NCBI RefSeq assembly: GCF_006345805.1
Contig: NC_043012.1
Coordinates: 16,554,001 to 16,618,000, forward strand
Reading direction: 5' to 3'
DNA length: 64,000 bases
Origin: Octopus sinensis
Lineage: Eukaryota
Part shown: one piece after another, positions 36,425 to 49,800 of the stretch
How the letters are laid out: each line of letters opens with the position of its first letter
How positions within the stretch are numbered: the first letter of the stretch is position 1
Position numbers and translations under genes: made by a program
The notes under the pieces: generated by a model
The model's input: the letters and a program-made list of their open reading frames with translations, nothing else
What the model was told of the DNA's origin: nothing
The model's database searches: none

Positions 36425-38680
36425 GTAAGCAAAACAAAATCTTATAGACATTATAAGCCCCGAATCTAGACAAATGTGACGTCAACTATGTATTTTAAAT
36501 TTTTAATAAAGGGTTACTAATTACACGTTACTAATTAGACTGAATTTCAGCTGTTTTCAACTGATTTTGTTAAGTTTAACTGCACTGTAAACTCAGTAAA
36601 GGATTTTTTTCTTTAATTTAAAAATTAGCATTCATTTCATCATTTTGTATACAATGTTTTTAATACAACACTTTGCAGAAAACACCATATCCGGCACATA
36701 AGAAAACACCATATCCAAGCGTGGCCGTCTGCCAGCCTCGTCTGGCACCTGTGTCGGTGGCACATTAAAAGCACCATCCGAGCGTGGCAGTCTGCCAGCC
36801 TCGTCTGGCACCTGTGTCGGTGGCACATAAAAAACACCATCCGAGCGTGGCCGTCTGCCAGCCTCGACTGGCATCTGTGTCGGTGGCACATAAAATCACC
36901 CACTACACTCTCGGAGTGGTTGGCGTTAGGAAGGGCATCCAGCTGTAGAAACACTGCCAGATCTGACTGGCCTGGTGCAGCCTTCGGGCTTGCCAGACCC
37001 CAGTTGAACCGTCCAACCCATGCTAGCATGGAAAGCGGATGTTAAACGATGATGATGATGATGATGATGAGTAAAACCACCAATAGAAGAGAATATGACC
37101 AAAGACTGTGTGTACTCCATCCCATGCATTTGTAGCATGTTATAGAAAAGCGAAACATACTGCCCCCTCAAAATGAAGGTAGACAAACATCGCAAAGCTG
37201 TGACACGAGGAGATATTGATAAATCGGGTATAGCTGATCATATATGGAAAAATGGAGACCACCTTCCCCTGTGGGATGAAGTTAAAATAATAGACAGAGA
37301 ACACCACTGGAAAATATGAAAACTAAAAGAAGCAGCACATATGCCAGGACACAACAACCTCCTAAGCAGACTGAGTGTAGATATGAATAGCATATGGGAA
37401 CCGGTATTAAGGAAGGATAGGAAAATATTAGATTTATAAGCCCTAAAAATTCACTCCATAATTGCCCACTGGCATATGGTGTAGTGGTTAAGAGCGTGGG
37501 CTACTAACCCTAAGATTCCAAGTTTGATTCAAGGCAGGGACTTGAATAATAATAATTATAATAATATCAAAAAATACCTTAGGAATGAGAATCCAGGTTC
37601 GAAATTTCCCCAAGACACCTGATGAAGGCTTGAAAGTATATCAGCTGAAACGTATTAACAACAATGATGAGGACAAATATCTGTCAAATGTAAATAATAT
37701 AAATAATTCCTCATCTCTTAAATGTAGAACTGTATTTTGTATAAGCGTTTTGGAATTTGAGACAAAATTCCAAAGCTTGCAGTCTCTGGTGCAGCAAAGA
37801 GAGGAGGTCTGTGTTTCATAACTGAAGCCACAGAGAAAGCCACCAGGCAGCTTTGCACAAAGAAAGCAAGCTTACAGCTTGTTATCTATGGATCTTAGGT
37901 CATTGACCTTCTAGAAACTGTTCAGAGACGTGCAGTGAAGTGAATACCTATTTCTTTATTACCCACAAGGGGCTAAACACAGAGGGGACAAACAAGGACA
38001 GACATAGGTATTAAGTCGATTACATCGACTCCAGTGCGTAACTGGTACTTAATTTATCGACCCCAAAAGGATGAAAGGCAAAGTCGACCTTGGCGGAATT
38101 TGAACTCACAGCGTAACGCAGACAAAATACCGCTAAGCATTTCGCCCAGCATGCTAACGTTTCTGCCAGCTCGCCGCCTTCAGTGAAGTGAATACCTTCC
38201 ATCAGGCATCTACCATATTCTGAACACCTTGCCTTCCTGTGCATAGATACACTGAAGCTCCAATGTCTGGCAGGTGACTTAGTAAACACCCACAAAATTA
38301 TTAACCATAGTGCCAATAACCACCTTGAGCACCTTTTTGAATTCCATGTGTCTAACGCATGTGGCCATTCCTACAAAGTCAGAAAACAACACAGCTCCCA
38401 TGACTTTTGGAAACATTTTTTCACACTCAGAGTTAATGAAACATGGAACAAACTACCTGCATCAGTTGTTAGTTGCCGAGACATTGCATCCTTTAAAACT
38501 TCCATTCTTCCTGAAATTTCCCAACACTACACCTGATATCTCCCCCCATCTATACACATGCACACATGTATATCATGACTCTTACATTGTTCACTTTCCT
38601 GTATTTTGTATATAATTCTATATACTGTACATGCACCTTAGATGAGCTGTAATGCACCTGAGCACTTCACACAATAATTG

Positions 38681-38712
<32 letters not shown>

Positions 38713-41700
38713 TATGTTTGACTTTTGCTTTACATTTGCACAAGCTGGCTCCAAGTCTCACCCAGAGACCTCAAGAAACAACAAGTTGGAAGTTCATGTT
38801 GGTGTTATGCCTAGGGTGCCATATATTTGATTTTGTACTTAGTGAATGCCTAAAAAACCATACGAAAATTATGTTTGTTTTAAAACTTGAGATTACAAAG
38901 AAAGTATTTTGCGTAGGATATGAGCAGTTCCCATGAGCACTATCTTTTGAATTTCTGCCATTTTGGGGTTTCCTGGTGTTATTATTATCATTATTATTAT
39001 TGTTATTATTATTATTATTATTATTATTGTTGTTGTATAAAACAGATAATGGCTTTGCATTCCCTTGTCAAAAATGGAGTGTTTAAATCCGCTGCAAGCA
39101 ATTTATTGAGTTTTGGAGTAGGAAACTTAATTCTAAATTTCCTTAATTCCTTTTAATTGTTGGGAATTTGATAAGCAGGATGTTCATGGTAGATTCCCTG
39201 TGACAGAATACTCTGTCCTACCACTAAATGGATCTAATGTTCATTCTCTTTCTTGTGTAGAAAATTGTAATTACCATTATTTGCTGATGTATAAAGCACA
39301 TTTTTTTTTTACCAAAAATGTTTGAAAAAAAATCATCCTGGGTCCTTTATGCAAAATTGTGCCTTTCAGAAACTAATTTCGTCTACAATACCCATTTTGC
39401 CCGAATGTGCGCTTCTGAAATTGGGGTGCAGTTAAGATATCCTTGTGTCTTTTGTTTGTTTTGGTTAGTAAACAAGAATTTAAATGATAAACTAGAAAAT
39501 ATTATAAACTATGAATTTTATCTTTTGTGCTTTTTGCTGTTTTCACAGGAAATCGAGGAACTTACCATACTTCAGCATTTATCTTGTTTGGAGCCAATTC
39601 TGTTCGCTCGTGTGTCTCCTACTTGGCAACAGACGATTGATACAGATGCCCCTGATGGTGCTCCTAATGAACCTATCTGTAAAGAACCAAACTGTGTGCC
39701 AGAGCGAATATCTGAGACACTAATGTATCAGTTAGACAGGCTTGGTTTCACTGACAATTTAGATGGTCCCAAGAATATAACTACAAATTACTTTGAAGTT
39801 GAAACTTGCCTTGTTGAGGACTTGAAGGATTTTAGTCAGATGCTGTCACGTTTTGTGGAAAATATGCTGAAACGATATCTAATTAATGCATCAACTGTAC
39901 TTTACAATGTACACGAACGGTGCCTTGGTACCTTCATTTTATCTGCTTTTGAGATGACCAGAGATCTGCAGATGACACCTAAAAAGCTAGAATATGCTGA
40001 GAAAAAAGAGAAAGAGCTCTATCAAGAACTAATAGATATTTCTGCTTCTAAGCACAAAGAAATCACAGACATTATTCAAGAAACAATAAGCAGTCTTATT
40101 GAGAATATTGAAGAGAAAATGGTCCAACACCAGTTTGTTGGTAAGTTAAACTATAATAACCGACAATTGTTATTACTACATATAGGCATTTGTTACAGTT
40201 CTATCTCTAGATATTCTTCTTATCATCAACCTTTACCAAATTAGAATGATTTGTGATATTGACACTTAAGTCACCTGACCAATTTTATGAAAAGTAATAC
40301 AAAATTTTCCAAAAGGAGTTGATTGTTCCAGAACATAGCTCAATATGAAAATTTTGTAAGTAAATTTTAAAAAATCATTTCTTAGAGATCAGTTGCAATT
40401 TACTTCTTCGATAATTTAGTATGATATTTAATAGGGTCCTCACCTGTAGAAATGAAAATTCTAAATAAGTAAATAAGTAAATTAAAAAACAAAAATGAAG
40501 TGTGCTGTTTTGAAAAGCATGAAATGCAATGATTGGTCACAGGTGTTTGGCTGCTGCTAATTATGTGGCATCGTTGACTGAATATGCAACCTGTTTTTGG
40601 CACTGGAGGTGTAAACTCATGCATGTGTGCACAGAAATATATACACACAGACATTACCCATACATACAAACATAACCTGATGTTCACAGAGCAAAAGAGA
40701 GAGTAACACCATGTCTGCTTGCAAATAAGTCTGTTTGAAATCAGTAGGGCCAAGTCGGCAGTGCCAAAACTTTTAGCCCAATCTGGCAACTCTAACTGGT
40801 GCTATAGAGGTTGTCTTATTGAAAACTGATATTTCTGTAACCTATATTACTTTCTTTTTTTCTTTCCATATTTTCCAGCATACAAATCAATATAGTATAT
40901 TATGTATATATGAACTTTAACCCTTTCGTTACCAGCCTGACTGAAACCAGCTCTGGCTCTGAGTAGCAATGTCTTGTTTTCATAAGTTCTGAATTAAAAT
41001 CTTCCACCAAACCTTAGTCACAATTTATGTTCCTAACACTAGCTTCATGATAACCAAATCCTTTGTTATATTTAAAGTAATTGAAAGAAACACAGAGCAT
41101 CTCAAAATAAATACAGTAATGAAAGGGTTAAGCATTCAAACAGCATCACTCTCTTTCCAAATTCTACTGCATTTCATATGGAATTTTTGGTCCTCCGATC
41201 TTATCTTGGTGTTGAAGCTGATCTGCTTTTTTGGCTGTAAATTTTGGTCAGAAAAATTTTACTTGTATGCCAGGAAATATGTTGAGGCTTTCCTTTGTTT
41301 CCTCAACTACTGCAACAGGTCAGCTGAAGTTCAGTGAAGTTCAGTGTATCCAAAGTGTTAGATACTAAAATGAAACCTTAGTACAAAAGTAATAACCAGA
41401 AATAATACATGTGTGTATGTACACGTACACACACACACACACTCACATACATTGAAATCCTGTATAGTCCTGTGTAACCTTGTGTATTCGTATCCAAAAA
41501 TAATTGTGGAGATCTTTCTACATGAAACCATTGGTTGCCTTATTGCTCCACAAATAAAGAATATTTATCTACCAATGCAGTGTTGAGCACTCATTCTCTC
41601 TATTCAATACTAGTGTACACACACACACATACATATATACATACACATGCACACACACACAATATACATATCAGTAAAGAATATGGTTGATACAAAGCCA

Positions 41701-42694
41701 TAAGGCTATTTTTTTGTTTATAAATGTTAATTTCAAAAACAATATGCCTCACAATACTAACATTTCCATCGATCCATTGTCATTCGAAGGAATCGAGATT
41801 TCTGAAGATGGAGAACTGAAAAACTCTGCTGATATAAAACAATGCACGAGTGAAATCCAAAACTTTGTGCTTAACGAATTGAATATAGCAATCGCCGATA
41901 AGCTAATAAACTCTGTGAATGTCTTGAAAGAACTTTATACAGGTAAGTTATAGTTTTTATACAGGTAAACTATCCTTTTAGCATTCAGGTTAATATAACA
42001 AATGTAATGCTTATCTATTTCCATTGTTTTGAAATACGCATTATTTTGTAGCTTCAAGATTTTAATGATGTGATAGTTGAATGCACCCATCCATATCTAA
42101 GATGAATATATATATACACATATATATATATGTGTATATATATTTATTATATAAAATCCGTTCTGTCTGTGTGTGTGTGTCTTATAGAATCTTGGGCATC
42201 CTCCATCCGATTGCGCTCAAATTTGGTATGTAGATACTGACGGTATCAGGGCGTATATAAGTCTTGAAAAAATTACAAAAATCGATTTCAGGTGAGAATG
42301 CGATCGATAAAGCCGTGGGAACATGCATTTGTATGCACAAGTACATCAGCTGTTGCAATCAATACTGCGCATATGTGAGAAAAATGCACGTGTAGTTTGT
42401 GCAAAAAAAGCTGGCTGGCTTGAAATAATGCCACAAAATGCAGTATATTTAAGAGACCAAAAAAGTAAGACGCAAAAGAGATATTTTCTTCAAACTTGGC
42501 ATGAAGGAAGGAAAGACTATTTGGTTTCTCAAGAAGTTTTTTTTTTGCCTTAACATCATTTAACAAAACCAAAACTTTTATTGAAATAAAGGCATGCTTA
42601 ATTATTTTTTAATGAAAAGAAAACACTGATTGCTTTTTATTCAGCATATATGATTCAACACCATCCATTGGACGGGGGTGGGGGTGTTTTTCTC

Positions 42695-42743
<49 letters not shown>

Positions 42744-43149
42744 AAGAGAAAAGATGAAGAAACAGATTTGTTTTACAGGATTAAGGAATATATAGAGTCA
42801 TAATAATAAAGATATTATACAATTTTGTATAAAATAAGGTTTTGTTCTTTCAATATAATTAAAGTAAGAACCGGTTTTGCATTACTCATTACTAGGAGCC
42901 CTAGTAATATGTCTTCCCCCTAGCACTATGTCTATTTTTCAACCCTTAGCTTGATGAGCAATGCAAAACCGGTTCTTACTTTATGTTGAAAGAACAAAAT
43001 CTTATTTTGTACAAAATTGTATATCTTTATTATTATGACTCTAATATACTCCTTAATCCTGTAAAACAAGTCTTCTGTGTTTTTTCATCTTTTCTCTTTC
43101 TGTATATATCCAATCACATGTGTTTCATCACTAAAATATTTTCGACCTC

Positions 43150-43187
<38 letters not shown>

Positions 43188-46100
43188 CCTGAATTTTATA
43201 GTATTAAATATCTATCATGACTGAGCTTAACAATCAGTTTTGTGTAAAGAATACAATGGAGTGTTAGCTAACAATCAAATTATATAACTTTATGCTCATC
43301 AGAGATAGCCCATTTCGAAGGAAATATGGTGATTGGTAAGATCAGCTGTGATGAATATTTAATACTATAAAATTCAGTTAATATACCCATTCTACTGACA
43401 TCTACAAGTGCATCTTGTCCCTGACTTATGGTCTCTTTAGATGACTCACACACACACACATATATATATATATTCACACACAAGTGTATATGGTGATGAT
43501 GATGATGATACTACTATTGTGCAGGAACATTGACAAGGACATTGGAAACCTTGGAAACAGATTCTGAATTTGCTGATGGTGCCCGAACTACAGATGCTCT
43601 AAAACAGGTAATTATTCCATATTTTTGTAGCAGTGATTCGAAACCAAACCACTAGTTAACCAGTTAGACACCACAACCAAACCACACTGGTTTCACATGA
43701 TCAGTCTATCATGTGAAATGAAGCAACCAATCAACATGTCAAATTATGACATGATTTAATCTTCTAGAATGTTCTTCTTGTACTCTAAAAGAACCTCTTT
43801 TGGTGATAATTCTTTGCATGATGTTGAGGCAGCTGAATAACACGTGTCTCTAATTCTTGCCAGGCAGACAACCAACAGAGATGGCATAGGAAAAATGACC
43901 AAGAATCTCTATCGCCACAAAGATAGGACAGTCAGTTTCAAATATGTTGAGCCAACCATATGCAGCTGTACCAAAAACTTTCTCTAATCTCAGAGTAGCA
44001 TCTCTCTCCCAGTCTGTAATTATTGCTGTTGTTAACTGTAAAACATGTACACAATTACACATGCACACACACACATGAACACATGGCTAGTAGACTTAAT
44101 CTGTCACCCAGTCTAGCATTATCCTGTTACCCCTTGGTACTTTCAATGGTTTCTTATTTAGACCAGGCCTCCATTTTGGGGGTAACTTGATACCTCATTA
44201 TACTACGTTCTACTGTAGCAACATCAATTAATTAGCTCGTTAATTAAAACCACTTTAACATTCTTAGCTCTATCACTAGCCCTGGGACTCTCAAGGCTGC
44301 AAATTGACCTTGTTTCCATAGTGCATATGTGACAGATCACAACACTCCCCACCGGTAAGGGATGCTAGTTCATTGCAGGGTTAACTTCCCTGTTGTTACT
44401 GGAACTTATTTTTCAGCTGAGTGGACTAAAGCAATGTAAAATGAAACATTTTGCTCAATGAAATAATGCATCACCTGATCCTGGGATTGAAACCATGACC
44501 TTGTGGTTGTGAGTGCAACACACCTTCACACTTTAGCATCTACCCTTATATTATTATGCCTTCCAAAAACTAAAAATATTCAAGAAGGATGTTGTAGTTT
44601 GCCAGAAACATTGTAGTACAGATGCAGGAAAATGAAATGAGAGAAAAAAGGGAAGCTTCTAGATTTCCTGCACCATTGCCCTCAATGTGACTTCTGTGAC
44701 ACTGACTACACCAACAGTTGGGGAGTTGCTGCTAACTCAAACACCAGGCTATCCAAAATGGCAGGATCTCTCTCTTTCTCTTTCTCTCTTTTACTTGTTT
44801 CAGTCATTTGACTGCGGCCATGCTGGAGCACCGCCTTTAACCGAGCAACTCGACCCCGGGACTTATTCTTTTGTAAGCCCAGTACTTATTCTATCGGTCT
44901 CTTTTGCCGAACCGCTAAGTAACGGGGACATAAACACACCAGCATCGGTTGTCAAGCAATGCTAGGGGGGACAAACACAGACACACAAACACGCACATAC
45001 ACACATATATATGCCCCATCTTTTCTGCCCCTATCGCTTACTTATCTAGTTTTTTCATACGATTATTATTTTTTTGTTTTTTCCCCTTTTTTCGCTATCC
45101 TTTTTTTCTATTTTTTTCATACGATATTTTTGTTTTTTGTTTTTTTTGTTTTTTCGAACGTTTTTTTCTGCTATCCCATCATGCCGGATCCTAGGTCCTA
45201 CCTCCTCACCCTCCATCACCGTTTGAAGGATCATCTACGTTCGCTTCTGTATATTGCCTTCAGCCGTCTGTTAATCTCTCTCTACTTCTTTTTAAAAAAA
45301 ACCCGCTTCTCTAGCCATGTCTCTTTCCTAGCCGCTGCCTACATCACCGACTCATCCCTAAAGGTTTCCGCCTCCACTTCCACCTGCTCTCCACTCGGAT
45401 TCTTCATCTTACCCATACTCCGCACCACATCTTACCGCCTTATGCGGGCCACCATTCGCTCCAATCTCTCCAAACTACATGCCATCAACCGCCTTCTTCC
45501 TCCTGCTTTCTCCACCTTCTTCTCCTCTCTGCCGCCTCTCTATGCTCCAAACATAAAAGATCGCCATGTTGATTCGTTAGCTACTGCACGCATTTTTTTT
45601 CTCTCCTTCTTTCTGTGTTTTTCTCTCTCTGTGTATCTTTCTGTTGAAGAGCGTAGGCTCGAAACGTTAAAGACTTGTTTATTTATATTTCTGAGCGCCA
45701 TACTAATACAATTGTTCGTTGTTTTCCACCTGCCTTCGTCTTTTGTTTATTTTCATAAAGCTTCCCGTTATATATATATATACATATATACGACAGGCTT
45801 CTTTCAGTTTCCGTCTACCAAATCCACTCACAAGGCTTTGGTCGGCCCGGGGCTATAGCAGAAGACACTTGCCCAAGATGCCACTCAGTGGGACTGAACC
45901 CAGAACCATGTGGTTAGTTAGCAAGCTACTTACCACACAGCCACTCCTGCGCCTATGTAAATGTACTGAAGGGCCATTGTGCTTGAAATATAAAGATTTT
46001 TTTTCTAAAGCTTTCTACATTGTTAGAAGCTTTGTTTATTTCTCATTTCATTTTTCTAAAAGCATCATCTTTGTTTTCATTCCCTTTCATTGGTTTCAGC

Positions 46101-46780
46101 TATTGTGCTGTTGCCATGCTGGAGCACCTACCATTCGTTAGTTGACTCAAGTGAAAACTCATGCTTATTTTTTTTTTTTTTTTTTGTTCTTGTTCTTCTC
46201 TCCGTAGATAATGAATGCTGCCTACCATGTCCAAATTACCTTTGAATCCAGTTCGTCATTCATGCGGTTGTTTTTAGAGAAGATGAAGCAGGTAAAATTT
46301 ATTTATTTTCACTGTCATCATAAATCATTGCCATCATCATCATCACCACCATCACCACCATCATCATCATCAGCAGCACCACCACCATTATCATCATCAC
46401 CACCATCATCATCATCATCACCATCATCATCACCACCATCATCATCATCACCATCGTCATCATCACCACCATCATCATCACCATCATCATCACCACCATC
46501 ATCATCATCATCACTACCACCACCATCATCATCATCATCACTACCACCATCATCATCATCATCATCATCACCACCACCATCATCATCATCATCACCACCA
46601 CCATCATCATCATCATCACTACCACCATCATCATCATCTCTACCACCACCATATCATCATCATCATCACCATCATCATCACTACCACCACCACCATCATC
46701 ATCACCACCATCATCATCACTACCACCACCACCATCATCATCACTACCACCACCACCATCATCATCACCACCATCATCAT

Positions 46781-46818
<38 letters not shown>

Positions 46819-49800
46819 CCACCACTACCATCATCACCACCACCACCATCACCATCATCATCATCACATGCAACTTGCCTGGTCCAGTAAGTCATATGAG
46901 TATGTCTCATCTGTGCATGTCACAATTACAGATACTCTTTTATTCGTTTCAGTCATTTGACTCTGGCCATGCTGGAGTATTATTGCCTTTAGTTGAACAA
47001 ATCGACCCCAGGACTTATTCCTTGTAAGCTTAGTACTTATTCAGTTGGTCTCTTTTCACTAAACTGTTAAGCTACAGGGACGTAAACATACCAACATCGG
47101 TTGTCAAGTGATGATGGGGGAACAAACACACACACACACACACACAAATACATACATATATACATTATCAATAATAATACAGGGTAAAATTAATTAATCA
47201 ATTTATAATTAATAATCTTACCAAGTAGTACAGTATGTTAAAAGAACCATTATCGGTAAACTTATACAAAAATTTTATAATTATAAACATAATTATATTT
47301 AGGGTTTAGCTGTCTGGGAGATATCTTATGGTAGTAGAATAGTATTTAACTGCTATTTCTAAATTTCAGTATGTGGTGAAGCAATTTTGCTAAGCCCTAA
47401 TTATAACTATGCTTATAATTATAAAATTTTTGTACATATATATATATAATAATAATAATATTAGGGAGTAAATCCAAACTTACAGGGAAAAATTAGATTT
47501 AGGATTAAATCAAATTTCACAGTATAAATATAAATTAAATTAGAGATAAAACCACTATTAGGCAACTCAAACAGTGATAGACGTAAACCAAAACATAATA
47601 GTGTTGCCTAATAGTGGTTTTATCTCTAATTTAATTTATATATATATATATAATATATATATATATATAAATATATAGATGTACGATGGGCTTCTTTCAG
47701 TTTCCTTCTACCAAATCCACTCACAAGGCTTTGGTCGGCCGGAGGCTATAGAAGACACTGGCCCAAGGTGGGACAGAACCCAGAACCATGTGATTACCAC
47801 ACAGCCACACCTGTGCCTATGATAACAAATCGTGTTTTGCATTCAAAATCCACTGAGGTTGACTTTGCCCCTTTCATTCTGTTTGGGGTCGATGAAATAA
47901 GTACCGGTTAAATACAGGGGTCGATGTAATCAAACTAATTCTGTCCCCTGAAATTACTGGCCTTCTGCCAAATTTTGAAACCCTAATCTTATCTTTGAAT
48001 ATATTTATATTTCAGTTGATTTTATTGGTACCCTGGAAGACACCTCCCCGTATTGATCTTGCCTGGAAAAACCGAGCTGCTGTGGAGATCTTAAATAATT
48101 TATGCCAAAGCCGGTTTGTTATTCTTTAATCATTTCATTTTCTACATTTTGTTCGGTTTGAAAGACATAGAAGGAACTAGAATCTCCATAGATTTATAGC
48201 AACCTCAAACCTTGCCAGTGAAAATCAGTAAACAGAAATTGTATGGAAGCCCATTAGAAGGACTTACCATTGCACCTGTTGTTAGGTTAAGGACTTGATT
48301 CAGTCTCAGAATGTCAAGATCATTCTCTCTTCCCCATTCAGTCTCAGTAGCTCTGCAAAACAAAGGCAATAGCTAGTAGCTTTTCTTCTTTAATTGTATT
48401 GAAAATGGTAGAATTAACTCCACTTAGGTGCCTTTACCAAGATGTTCTAGCTGTGACCAGCCTGCCTTTTACTAGATTTGGTTTACTGACGACCACTTTG
48501 TCTAATTTCTCCTTTTTTTTTCTTTTAAGATGGTAAGCTGTGATTTGTAGATGTGACTATCATTTCTAGCAGACCAAGCGACTACTGGTATCAGTTCAGT
48601 CAGTTCTACAGATCCTTTTCCTTCTCTTCCTTTTCCTTCATCTTCCACTTTTTCCTCTTCTCTCCCCATTCCTTCCACTTCTTCCTCTGCTGTTTCGTGT
48701 TTCCTCCACTTTTTCCTTCTTTTCCTCTTCTCCACCCCCACTTTCCTTTTCATCTTCCTCTTTGTTTTGTATTCAGTTTTGTGCCTAACAAACAAACCAG
48801 TTTTAGAATGCTCCTGCTATTTACAGTTGAGCTAATGATTGTCTTTATGCTGCTACTCAATTTGCTAGAAGTAGCTGCCGAACTTCCCTAAAATAAGAAA
48901 AAAAAAGAAATCACACAATTTCAAGATCTCAGATCAGATCTAGTCTGAGGACATGCCAAATCTTCTTTCCTCAATTTCAAAAAGCAGCACAGGAAGTTTA
49001 TGAGTGTTGCTCGATGACTAAGACACATTTTGGGTCATCCCATAAAAATGTCATTTTTTATACTTCTTTTATTTTTCAAAGTTAAGATAAACAAAGTTCT
49101 GTTTTAATTTAAAATATTCTCTCCTTCATTTTCTACAATACTCTTCCATCCATCTAGTGGACTTGCAAGGCCCCTCTTCCAAAGTTCACTTGTCTGTGAT
49201 AAAAAAAAAAATACTCCTCCAGTACTGTTCTGACTTCTTCTACAGAATTCATATTTTTTCCATCCAAATGATTTTAAAGGCTGTGGAATAAATGATAATC
49301 AGATGGAGCAATGTCCAGCAAATATGGTGGGTGGAGCATCGTTTCCCATTCAAACTGTTCCAGACTACAGAATGTCATCCTCGCTGTATGTGATTGAACA
49401 TTATCCTGATGGAAGAACACCTTACATCTTGAAACCAAAGATGGTCGTTTTTTTTCTAGTGCTGACTGAATACATACAAGCTCCTTGCAGTAGATCTCCT
49501 TTGTCATTGTTTGGTTTGGGTTTAAAAGTTCAAAGTGGACTAAATCTTTTATATCCCACCAAACAGATAACAACACCTTACATGGGGGAAGACCTTCTTT
49601 AGCCTGGGGTGCTGGTGTTTCTCCTTCCCCTACTTACTGTCTTCAGTGTTTGACAGTTTTATAGAGAACCCATTTCGGGTCACCAGTTACTATTCAGTCC
49701 AAAAAAAAAAAGGTTCATTTGTGAGACGTGACAGTAAAGAAGAGCACACATTCACTCTCTGCATGCGATTAGATTCAGAAAGTTTGCAAGGAACCCATTG

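Noticed and set aside
37471-37541. Functional tRNA gene
   Set aside because: The acceptor and T stems do not pair properly and it is embedded in a PLE terminal; treated as a tRNA-derived promoter-like stretch.
39318-39548. N-terminal 77 codons of the 308-aa ORF
   Set aside because: This is intronic sequence upstream of a strong acceptor at 39548; DSTYK similarity begins only at 39549. The same applies to ORF extensions past donors at 36424, 40140, 55645, 61153 and 62172.
44959-45858. 299-aa ORF as a host gene
   Set aside because: It is a composite of SINE, T-rich tract and frameshifted PLE sequence.
47180-47262. Further hammerhead-like motif on the minus strand (ccgataatggttcttttaac)
   Set aside because: Too many core mismatches and no GAAA.
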